Origin: Synechococcus elongatus PCC 6301
Lineage (GTDB): Bacteria > Cyanobacteriota > Cyanobacteriia > Synechococcales > Synechococcaceae
Direction: 5' to 3'
DNA: 32,000 nt
Assembly: GCF_000010065.1 (NCBI RefSeq)
Contig: NC_006576.1
Span: 810,001 to 842,000, forward strand
Shown here: positions 25,160 to 32,000 of the stretch, piece after piece
Position numbering within the stretch: the first letter of the stretch is position 1
How the letters are laid out: every line of letters starts with the position of its first letter
Position numbers and translations under genes: made by a program
The notes under the pieces: model-generated
The model's database searches: none
What the model saw: only the letters and a program-made list of their open reading frames with translations
What the model was told of the DNA's origin: nothing

Positions 25160-25588
25160 ATGTCAGTTCGTGTGTACATCGGCAATTTACCGCGCGTCAT
25201 TGAGCAAGCCGAGTTGGATGCGGTGTTTGCAGAAGCCGGCGAAGTTTCGGCCAAATTGGTCACCGATCGCAAAACCGGCAAATCGCGCGGCTTTGCCTTC
25301 GCAACGGTTGCCAGCGATGAGCTAGCTGATGCCTTGATCGAGCGCTTTAACGGCACCGAAGTCCAGGGCAGCACCCTCAAGCTCGAAAAAGCGCAACCGC
25401 GCGAGCGCGACAATGAAGGCGGCAACAACCGTCGTCGCAGTGGTGGCGGTGGTAACGATAATCGCCGCTCGGGTAAAAGCGCTCCTCGGGTCATCTCGTC
25501 AGGTCCCGAAGGCTTCCAACCCGATCCTCGCTGGGCTCAAGAACTCGAAAAATTGAAAGAACTCCTCGCTGCTCAAACCGTGTCCTAG
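25160..25588 (+). CDS. RRM-type RNA-binding protein (cyanobacterial Rbp, class with conserved PDPRW C-terminus)
   Basis: 142 aa from ATG 25160. RNP2 VYIGNL, RNP1 RGFAFATV. Short RGG/N-rich spacer, then PDPRWAQELEKLKELL. The ORF-track upstream extension (25022) is not RRM-like. Confidence 0.9.
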   Translation: MSVRVYIGNLPRVIEQAELDAVFAEAGEVSAKLVTDRKTGKSRGFAFATVASDELADALIERFNGTEVQGSTLKLEKAQPRERDNEGGNNRRRSGGGGNDNRRSGKSAPRVISSGPEGFQPDPRWAQELEKLKELLAAQTVS

Positions 25589-25627
25589 GACTGGGTATCG
25601 AGACTGTCTGAATCAATGACTGAATTG

Positions 25628-25659
25628 CGGCTGGGAATTTTTCTCTCAGCCGTTTTTTT
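25628..25659 (+). terminator. intrinsic terminator of the rbp gene
   Basis: CGGCTGGGA-ATTTTTC-TCTCAGCCG (9-bp stem, one G-U) immediately followed by TTTTTTT. Confidence 0.8.
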
Positions 25660-25702
25660 CTGGCCGAAAGGCTAGGCGAATCCGGCCTGCCACGGCATTC
25701 TA

Positions 25703-26026
25703 ATGTCAAGACATTGGATCACTCACGACATGGGCATGCTGCGTCTCTGGATTTTGGCTTTCGTCTGGCTGCCGCTGCCTGCTCTCGCCCTCCCGAGCGA
25801 TCGCCAGCTCAAGGACTTTGCCAAAGATCTCTGCACCATCAACAGCCCCAGCCCCCAGCAATTCGAAGCAGCTGTCACCCAGCAACTCAATCGCTGGATT
25901 AGCGACCAAACCCTGACCGAGGCCGAGTTACAAATGCCCCAAAAAGCAGAGACTCTCGGAGCCCAACTCGCCGGTTTTCTAATCGAGCAATGTCCCCAGC
26001 AAGCCTCTAAACTATTTGGCCTCTAA
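25703..26026 (+). CDS. hypothetical small secreted protein
   Basis: 107 aa. Signal-peptide-like LRLWILAFVWLPLPALALPS. Two Cys. No recognisable domain. The start may be M10 or M12. Confidence 0.5.
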   Translation: MSRHWITHDMGMLRLWILAFVWLPLPALALPSDRQLKDFAKDLCTINSPSPQQFEAAVTQQLNRWISDQTLTEAELQMPQKAETLGAQLAGFLIEQCPQQASKLFGL

Positions 26027-26121
26027 GAGGTCGACATTGAGAGGTCGGTTCTTGATCCAAGGGCAAGGCAGCCAAGCGTTTATGTTTGATAGAGTCTTGC
26101 TGTCACCCGAGGAACGCCCCA

Positions 26122-26916
26122 ATGCTGGAGCTTTACCAGTTTGAGCTATCACCCTACAGCGAAAAGGTTCGGCTGATTCTCGACTTCAAGGGTCTGGAGT
26201 ATCGCAAACAGGAAGTGACCCCGGGCATTGGTCAATTCGAGGTCTTTCGCCTGTCGGGACAGCGCCAAGTCCCAGTTTTGAAAGATGGCAGCGAAGCGAT
26301 CGCTGATTCCACCGCGATCGCGCAGTACCTCGATCAAAAGTTTCCAGAGCCGCCATTGACTTTGGCTGATCCGCAGCAGCAAGCCCTGAATGTCTTGCTC
26401 GAAGATTGGGCCGATCGCAGTTTTGCGACGGATGTCCGCACCGTACTCCTCGGCGCTCTCGGCTGGGATCCTAGTCTGCGGGAAGCAGCATTGCCAAACC
26501 AGGTGCCGGGTCCGCTGCGCAACTTGGTCAGCGCTGTCCCGAGTGAGGTTTTTAGCGTCCTTGGCAGTGGCGTAGGTCTCAGCCCCGAAACCCTCCGCAC
26601 TGCTCGTCTCAACCTTGAGCAGGGCCTACAGGCACTCTGTCAGCGCCTACAGAACCAACCCTATCTCTTAGGCGATCGCCCCGTGCTGGCAGATTTAGCG
26701 ATCGCAGCGCACAGTCTCTTCCTGAAGTTTCCGACCACTGCCGCGATCGATATTCCCGCTGGTCTGCGCGGGCGTGGGATTCCTGGCCTCGTCGATAACC
26801 CTGACTATACGGTCTTCTTCGAGTGGCGCGATCGCCTCTATCGCGATTTCCGCCGTGGTGCAGCTGTCACCCCGCCCAGCAGCGGAAATGGCCCCACCAA
26901 AATCTCGATCGACTAG
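26122..26916 (+). CDS. glutathione S-transferase family protein
   Basis: I prefer the MLELYQFELSPYSEKVR... start at 26122. Thioredoxin-like N-domain with S-P-Y and VPVL.DG motifs. Alpha-helical C-domain. Confidence 0.8.
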   Translation: MLELYQFELSPYSEKVRLILDFKGLEYRKQEVTPGIGQFEVFRLSGQRQVPVLKDGSEAIADSTAIAQYLDQKFPEPPLTLADPQQQALNVLLEDWADRSFATDVRTVLLGALGWDPSLREAALPNQVPGPLRNLVSAVPSEVFSVLGSGVGLSPETLRTARLNLEQGLQALCQRLQNQPYLLGDRPVLADLAIAAHSLFLKFPTTAAIDIPAGLRGRGIPGLVDNPDYTVFFEWRDRLYRDFRRGAAVTPPSSGNGPTKISID

Positions 26917-26940
26917 AGCACAACCGCTGGGGGATTGCGA

Positions 26941-26973
26941 GCAGGCTGAAGAATTCCACTGACTCCAGCCTGC
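26941..26973. other. inverted repeat between convergent GST and phosphoesterase genes
   Basis: GCAGGCTG-(17 nt)-CAGCCTGC, a perfect 8-bp stem. No flanking T/A runs, so terminator function is only a guess. Confidence 0.3.
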
Positions 26974-26984
26974 AGCCCCTAGCC

Positions 26985-27869
26985 CTAGGCAAAAATCTGT
27001 CCTTGGTCAATGAGGCGGCTGTCTTTATCAAACGTTTGGATCCGCAGCTCATTGCCATAGACTTCGAGGCCGGCAAAGCTGAGAGTGCTGGCAGATTGAG
27101 CTGTCCAAGACGAGCGGCCCACCGGCCGTAATCCAGCCCCGGCACCGACGATGAGGTAAGTCGTCCCATCAATCGGCTGCGTGCGTTCATAGCTGTGGTC
27201 ATGTCCACTGATGTAAAGCTGCACACCATGACGCTTGAACAGGGGCACCAGCCGGCCGAGCAGCGTCCGATTAACGCCATAGAAGCCGGATGAATAGATC
27301 GGATGGTGGCCAAACACGACTTTCCACGGGGCATTACTGGCTTGTAGGGCGCGATCGAGCCAAGTCAGCTGCTTGTTCCAATCCGCATTGCCATTGGTAT
27401 CTAGCGCAAAGAAGGCAACTGGCCCTTCTTGGAATTGGTAATAGCGCCCAGTCATGTTGAAGCCAGGGTAGCGAACCTGATCGTTGCCGTTGTTCGTGCG
27501 GATATCGTGATTCCCTAAAACCGCCCGGAACTTCACACCCGATTTCAGCAGAGGAGCATAGGGCCGCTCGAACACCGCCTGAATTTTCTCGATTTCGCCG
27601 TTGTTATAGATGTTGTCGCCGGCTAAGACAGCAAGTTTGTAAGGATTGGCACGCCGGTAACGCTCCATCGCGGCAGCCACATCGTATTGTCCCCGCGCAC
27701 CAGTGCCCGTATCCGCCACTGCAATGAAGCGCAAATCTAAAGGGCGATCGCTTGCTGGCAGTGGGGTAATGGCTTGGGCGCTCACCGGTTGGAACCACTG
27801 CCGTCCCATTCCAGCAGCGATCGTACTCAGTCCACCCAACACCAGCAGTTCTCGGCGTTTCATGCCCAA
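26985..27869 (-). CDS. exported metallophosphoesterase (calcineurin/purple-acid-phosphatase-like)
   Basis: 294 aa. Twin-arginine-like signal MKRRELLVLGG...SAQA. Motifs ADTG, GDNIY, GNHD, GHHP, GHDH. Confidence 0.85.
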   Translation of the reverse strand: MGMKRRELLVLGGLSTIAAGMGRQWFQPVSAQAITPLPASDRPLDLRFIAVADTGTGARGQYDVAAAMERYRRANPYKLAVLAGDNIYNNGEIEKIQAVFERPYAPLLKSGVKFRAVLGNHDIRTNNGNDQVRYPGFNMTGRYYQFQEGPVAFFALDTNGNADWNKQLTWLDRALQASNAPWKVVFGHHPIYSSGFYGVNRTLLGRLVPLFKRHGVQLYISGHDHSYERTQPIDGTTYLIVGAGAGLRPVGRSSWTAQSASTLSFAGLEVYGNELRIQTFDKDSRLIDQGQIFA

Positions 27870-27927
27870 GACCTCAGCAAAACGCCTACACTCTGGCCGC
27901 TAGCATCCGCGATCGCTGCAGGCTTCA

Positions 27928-28794
27928 TCACTTCGCGGCAACCGTTCCTGCCGAGAAGCGTAAGTTTTTCAGGAAGTTGGCAGGATGATGGCGGATTTCA
28001 AGGAAAGCAGCTTGGAGTGCTGCAGGTTTATAGACTCGAAACACCTTCATCAGGGACAGAGAGGCAGCACTTTCGAGGGGACCCACAAAGCGAGTATCGC
28101 GATCGAGGAAACAGGGATGAGCGACCAGCATTTGCACATGAGCTTGACTCAGGAAAAAGCAACCTGAGTGAGGATTAACGCTGCGTTCAAAAGTAATGGG
28201 AAAGCCAAGAAACTTTCCGGTTAGCTGCATCGCCTCGCGATCGGGCCAGAACTGGACAGCGATGCCGCTATTAGGTCCATCGATGTAGAGCTTATGGGGC
28301 TTGTTATCGGTCAGCAAGGAATCGAAGCGATTGGGCTGCAGTACCGCTTGGCTGCCAACATTTGCCTGGAACCATTGCTGTTTAAGAAAGAAGAGCGGAT
28401 CTTCAATGATCAGATCGTCTTCGAGGAAGCCATACCAGTCAAAGTCGTGCTGGCGATCGCGCAGGTAGGCTTGCGCTGCAAAGCCCAAGAACATGGGTTC
28501 ACAGTCGACTGGGTGATGCTGATAAAGCGTCTTGGGAAGCGCAAGATGCTCGAGGACATGACAGTCCTGAGTGGTAAAAATTGCGATTTCAACCTGAACT
28601 GCTTTCTGTTGGTTGGCCGGTTGAAGTGTGCGATCGCGAATTTGGAGCAGTGCTTGTTGAGGGCCAAATTGACTATGCAACGCCGTAATCAAGCTGCTAA
28701 GAGCCGTCACACGCGGACTGGGATCGGCACCCAACGAACCATAGTTTCCGCCTGTCGGCTTCCAATAGTGTGGGACAACAAATAACAGCTTCAT
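27928..28794 (-). CDS. hypothetical protein (possibly GT-A-like fold)
   Basis: 288 aa. KLLFVVPHY... start and a GFLEDDLII acidic motif are reminiscent of GT-A glycosyltransferases. No firm family recognition. Confidence 0.55.
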   Translation of the reverse strand: MKLLFVVPHYWKPTGGNYGSLGADPSPRVTALSSLITALHSQFGPQQALLQIRDRTLQPANQQKAVQVEIAIFTTQDCHVLEHLALPKTLYQHHPVDCEPMFLGFAAQAYLRDRQHDFDWYGFLEDDLIIEDPLFFLKQQWFQANVGSQAVLQPNRFDSLLTDNKPHKLYIDGPNSGIAVQFWPDREAMQLTGKFLGFPITFERSVNPHSGCFFLSQAHVQMLVAHPCFLDRDTRFVGPLESAASLSLMKVFRVYKPAALQAAFLEIRHHPANFLKNLRFSAGTVAAK

Positions 28795-28904
28795 CGATCA
28801 ACCGATGCGATTGTTTGACAGTACGGGACAGACCGCTCCTCAGTCTAGGGATTTGAGCTATCGCTCAGCGCTGAAGCATTGAGCTCGTTTGACTGCCAAG
28901 ACGG

Positions 28905-31088
28905 TCAATCGCTGGTGGTCTTGGCGGTCGCAATAGGCTGGCAATAAAAGCTAGGGGGCCTGAGGCTGAGGTGCCGTAGGCTCCACGGGGAGGGGTGGTG
29001 CAGTGGGTTCAGGTGGAGGGGGCACCGGTGCCTGCGGTTCAACGGGTGCTGGGGGAGCGGGTTCTGCTTCGACGGCACTGGGTCCCGGCTCAAAAGATTC
29101 ACCGGTGCCTCAGGGGGAGCATCTTCGTAGCGGGGTTCTTCCGCCGCCGGCTCACTGCTATATTCCGGTTCGGGATCGCGGGAACGGCTCGAGCCAGCAT
29201 TGGAGGCTGGTGCGGCGGGCAGACTGCCAGCAAAACTGGGGGAGTCCGCCAACTCAATGCCAGCGCCGTAGTCATAGCGGCCGGGTCCACGATCGATCCC
29301 CCCTAGGTCACTGCCACTTGTGAACTGAGCTTTAAAGAGCGGTTTCCGTTGATCGGGGTTCGGCAGCGGCGGAAATTTTTCGGGGGGCAGGTCTTTAATG
29401 GCCTCGACCATAAAGCGATACCAAGCCACCGCAGCTGCACTACTCCCACTGCCAGTCGGGGCAAAGTTGTCGTAGCCCAGCCAAACCCCGGTCACCAACT
29501 GCGGGATGTAGCCAATAAACCAGAGGTCGCGAGCTTGTTCGGTCGTGCCCGTTTTCCCTGCCACTGCGCGATCGGGCAGGTAAGCAGCAGCCCCCGTTCC
29601 AGAGGTGACAACGCGCTCCAGCATGGATGTCACGATCGCAGCAGACCCAGGATCGAGGGCTTGCACTGGCTTGATCTGTTTGTCTTGGTAGAGGACTCGA
29701 CCGCGATGATCGATGATTTCAGCGATCGGGTGGGGTGTCAGATATTTCCCCTGATTGGCCAGAGTGCCGTAAGCACTGGTGATCTCCAGCAGCGTGACGT
29801 CTGAGGCTCCTAATGCCAAGGGATAGTAGCGCGCCAAGTCCGCCCGAATTCCCATTTGGCGGGCCACCCGAATGACATTGTCAATGCCAACATCCCGCAG
29901 CACCTTGATCGCGACAATATTGACGGAATTAGTCAACGCTTGGGTCAGACTGATCGAGCCACTAAAGCTACGGCTAAAGTTTTGCGGTTTATAGCCCCCC
30001 AAATTGATCGCGGCATCCAAGTAGACCTGGGAGGGCGACATTCCTGAAGCGATCGCCGCCGCATAGACAAACATCTTGAAAGTGGAACCCGGCTGACGAT
30101 AGGCCTGGGTCGCGCGGTTGAACTGGCTGCGATTGAAATCCACCCCGCCCACCATCGCCCGAATTGCCCCATCGCGAGGATCGATACTGACGAGAGCCCC
30201 CTGCAAACTGCCGTAGGTCGAGTTTTGGATAGCCTGGTCCGCCGCTTGTTGCCAGCGATAGTTCAAGGTCGTCTTGAGCGTCAGGCCGCCGTACTCCAAG
30301 ACATCCGGCGCAACAAAGCGTGGCAGTTCCTGGCGAACGTAGTCGGTAAAGTAGGGCGCCAGACTTTGAGCATATTTCGGTGCTGCAGGCTTGAGCGCAA
30401 GGGGTTCGCGGCGAGCAGCTTCTGCCTCAGATGGGGTGATGAAGCCCACCTCTTGCATGCGGCTCAGCACACTATTACGCCGCTCTTGAGCCACTTCCAA
30501 GGAGACCAAAGGCGAGTAGGCTGTGGGCGCGGGGGGTAGCCCCGCCAGCGTTGCCATTTCTCCTAGGCTGAGGTCTTGGACTGGCTTGCTGAAGTAAGTC
30601 CAAGCAGCATCAGCAACCCCGTAGGCCCCTGCCCCGAGATAGACCAAATTGAGATACTGCTCAAGGATTTGGTCCTTGGTCAACTCTTGCTCTAGCTTTT
30701 GCGCCATCAGCGCTTCGTTGAGCTTGCGTTGCAGACTGCGCTCTTGGCTGAGAAAAACAATGCGGGCCAGCTGCTGGGTGATGGTACTAGCACCCTCCTG
30801 CACCTGACCGCTGAGCAGGTTTGTGACGCTGGCGCGGGCAATCCCGAACAGATCGATACCGCTATGTTCGTAGAAGCGCCGATCCTCAGCCGCGAGGAAA
30901 GCCTGACGTAGACGCAGGGGAATCTGCTTGAAGGGCACCTTGTCGCGCGTGGCCGGCCCAATTTTCTGCAGAACGGTATTGTCGGCCGAGAGAATGGTGA
31001 TCGTGCCCGGTCGCGTGAAGCTAGACCTCTTTGGGATTAGGGAGCTGCTGAATCCATCGCCGCCGCGCGATTTCAGCCCCAGCGACAC
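28905..31088 (-). CDS. class A penicillin-binding protein (GT51 transglycosylase + transpeptidase), lacking its membrane anchor as read
   Basis: GT51 motifs EDRRFYEHSGID, GASTITQQLAR and RKLNEALMAQKLE. Transpeptidase motifs STFK, SVN and KTGT. The first ~24 residues of this ORF (MSLGLKSRGGDGFSSSLIPKRSS) look out of frame, as do the last ~70. Confidence 0.85.
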   Translation of the reverse strand: MSLGLKSRGGDGFSSSLIPKRSSFTRPGTITILSADNTVLQKIGPATRDKVPFKQIPLRLRQAFLAAEDRRFYEHSGIDLFGIARASVTNLLSGQVQEGASTITQQLARIVFLSQERSLQRKLNEALMAQKLEQELTKDQILEQYLNLVYLGAGAYGVADAAWTYFSKPVQDLSLGEMATLAGLPPAPTAYSPLVSLEVAQERRNSVLSRMQEVGFITPSEAEAARREPLALKPAAPKYAQSLAPYFTDYVRQELPRFVAPDVLEYGGLTLKTTLNYRWQQAADQAIQNSTYGSLQGALVSIDPRDGAIRAMVGGVDFNRSQFNRATQAYRQPGSTFKMFVYAAAIASGMSPSQVYLDAAINLGGYKPQNFSRSFSGSISLTQALTNSVNIVAIKVLRDVGIDNVIRVARQMGIRADLARYYPLALGASDVTLLEITSAYGTLANQGKYLTPHPIAEIIDHRGRVLYQDKQIKPVQALDPGSAAIVTSMLERVVTSGTGAAAYLPDRAVAGKTGTTEQARDLWFIGYIPQLVTGVWLGYDNFAPTGSGSSAAAVAWYRFMVEAIKDLPPEKFPPLPNPDQRKPLFKAQFTSGSDLGGIDRGPGRYDYGAGIELADSPSFAGSLPAAPASNAGSSRSRDPEPEYSSEPAAEEPRYEDAPPEAPVNLLSRDPVPSKQNPLPQHPLNRRHRCPLHLNPLHHPSPWSLRHLSLRPPSFYCQPIATAKTTSD

Positions 31089-31338
31089 CAGCCGCCCCGA
31101 TCGCCAGAATGAGCGCTACCCCTAACCAATGCTGTCGCCCCGATCGCGGTAGACGAGCCGCTCGGGCCTCTCGGCGGGCTCGCCGTCTTTCTGCTCGCGC
31201 TTGACGGGATCGAGAGGTAGAAGCCGGTTTGGCCTTCCAAAAAGGTAGCCCCTTGGGTGTTGCAGCAGCCGGCCGATCGCTCGTTGGGTCAGCAGCAGAA
31301 GACTTGGCCACAGGTGGTTGATTGCTAGAGCCAGACAC
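31021..31338 (-). CDS. N-terminal cytoplasmic tail + TM anchor fragment of the same class A PBP (separate frame)
   Basis: 105 aa, GTG start. Basic tail (RSRQARAERRRARREARAAR), TM WLGVALILAIGAAGVAGA, then WIQQLPNPKEV-stop. The next frame continues SSFTRPGTITILSADN..., the expected juxtamembrane continuation. Confidence 0.75.
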   Translation of the reverse strand: MSGSSNQPPVAKSSAADPTSDRPAAATPKGLPFWKAKPASTSRSRQARAERRRARREARAARLPRSGRQHWLGVALILAIGAAGVAGAEIARRRWIQQLPNPKEV

Positions 31339-31623
31339 CGCTCGATTGAAACTCCCGGAGATAGTGATGCCCTATGAGAGAGCGATCGTGCAGGGATCTT
31401 AGCCGCTATCCAAGCATTGAGCAGCAATGATCGTGTAGTTGTTTAGAGGCAAGTCCAGCAGTTGTTCCCACTATTGCGGCGATCGCAACCTGCCTGATCT
31501 TGATTATCTGGCAGCGCTGAGAACCACCCTCAAACACCCAGACGGTCATTAGAACCGCTTAGGGACAGACGGGGCTGAACAAGGCACTTTGATACGATCG
31601 AAGGACTTTTGCTGCCTGCCACC

Positions 31624-32000
31624 ATGCTGACGATCGCCCTGCCCAAAGGTGCCCTACTCAAAGACAGCATTCGCTTGCTGCAATCCGCAGGGCTCGACTT
31701 CAGCGCCTTTTTGGAACCTGGAAATCGCCAGCTACAGATTCTCGATCGCCAGGAACGGGCCAAGGCTTTACTGGTACGCAACTCGGACGTACCGGTCTAT
31801 GTGGAATACGGGCAGGCTCAACTTGGTGTGGTTGGCTATGACGTCCTGCGGGAGAAAACCGCGAGAGTGGCGCAGCTGATCGACCTCAGGTTTGGCGGGT
31901 GCCGTATGTCGATCGCAGTCAAAGCCAGCAGTCCCTATCGTTCAGTACTTGACCTGCCAGCCCACTGTCGCATTGCCTCCAAATTTGTGCACTGTGCTCG
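31624..32000 (+). CDS. hisG: ATP phosphoribosyltransferase catalytic subunit HisG, 5' part (runs off the window)
   Basis: Not in the ORF track because there is no stop in the window. My translation from ATG 31624: [26 protein letters not shown]...[28 protein letters not shown]...[12 protein letters not shown]. This matches the HisG N-terminal pattern. Confidence 0.85.
   Translation, partial: MLTIALPKGALLKDSIRLLQSAGLDFSAFLEPGNRQLQILDRQERAKALLVRNSDVPVYVEYGQAQLGVVGYDVLREKTARVAQLIDLRFGGCRMSIAVKASSPYRSVLDLPAHCRIASKFVHCA

Larger units (their letters stand above)
1..32000. repeat. dispersed HIP1 octamer palindrome GCGATCGC
   Basis: I counted 11 perfect copies in nt 1-4000 (starting near 325, 480, 783, 1101, 1145, 1893, 2304, 2403, 2461, 2689 and 3311). 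About 0.06-0.1 are expected by chance. A similar density is visible throughout, inside and outside genes. Confidence 0.95.

Noticed and set aside
28865-28874. Perfect 10-bp palindrome TCAGCGCTGA between the PBP and the hypothetical GT-A-like gene (possible operator)
   Set aside because: About 30 perfect 10-bp palindromes are expected by chance in 32 kb. There is no second half-site or repeat copy.
31021-31035. Programmed +1 ribosomal frameshift (prfB-like) in the PBP gene
   Set aside because: Not adopted as the main interpretation. A stop codon and GAGG are present at the junction, but the P-site codon GUC cannot re-pair well in the +1 frame, and a second apparent indel exists in the same gene. 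A mutation or sequence error is more likely. It is kept only as an alternative under the frameshift finding.
1-32000. Search for tRNA/rRNA genes, CRISPR arrays, IS elements, integrases, restriction or defence gene clusters
   Set aside because: I saw no T-loop-like GGTTCGAAT/GGTTCAAAT contexts, no regularly spaced direct repeats, no transposase or integrase ORFs, and no terminal inverted repeats. All long ORFs have housekeeping-type assignments.

Overview
The window reads as ordinary core chromosome of a unicellular cyanobacterium, about 55% GC and saturated with the HIP1 palindrome GCGATCGC. The FeSOD, the 709-aa two-domain sucrose-phosphate synthase and Vipp1 match my memory of Synechococcus elongatus PCC 7942/6301, but I could not run a search to confirm this. 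I support about 33 protein-coding genes, all named from motifs read in the translations. In order they are: an EAL-domain fragment, a LivF-type ABC ATPase, a ferredoxin, hisZ, a J-domain/TPR protein, an NhaP-type antiporter, a small RHH-like protein, a GT39 glycosyltransferase, sps, an Rpn/DUF4351 nuclease-like gene, rsmE, an MBL-fold hydrolase, pdxA, an ABC-2 permease, an orphan phycobiliprotein-like gene, sodB, cpcT, a B12-binding radical SAM gene, ruvC, a small Cys-rich ORF, a DUF721 protein, a SPOR-like membrane protein, vipp1 plus a divergent tandem paralogue, an MFS transporter, a CCA-type nucleotidyltransferase, an RRM protein, a small secreted protein, a GST, a Tat-signal metallophosphoesterase, a hypothetical GT-A-like protein, a class A PBP and the 5' part of hisG. 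hisG runs off the window and is missing from the ORF track. I saw no rRNA, tRNA, CRISPR array, IS element, prophage or recognisable defence island, so I cannot point to a clear-cut novel system. The most unusual observations are: (1) a Vipp1-derived tandem paralogue with a truncated N-terminal amphipathic helix and atypical codon usage; (2) a class A PBP whose membrane anchor is separated from its catalytic domains by a frameshift with an in-frame stop at the junction, and whose C-terminal tail reads better in another frame; (3) a radical SAM ORF that runs 277 nt into ruvC; (4) an orphan phycobiliprotein-like gene clustered with sodB, cpcT and the radical SAM gene; (5) pdxA and an orphan ABC-2 permease sharing a CATG as divergent start codons; (6) a 290-bp AT-rich intergenic island.
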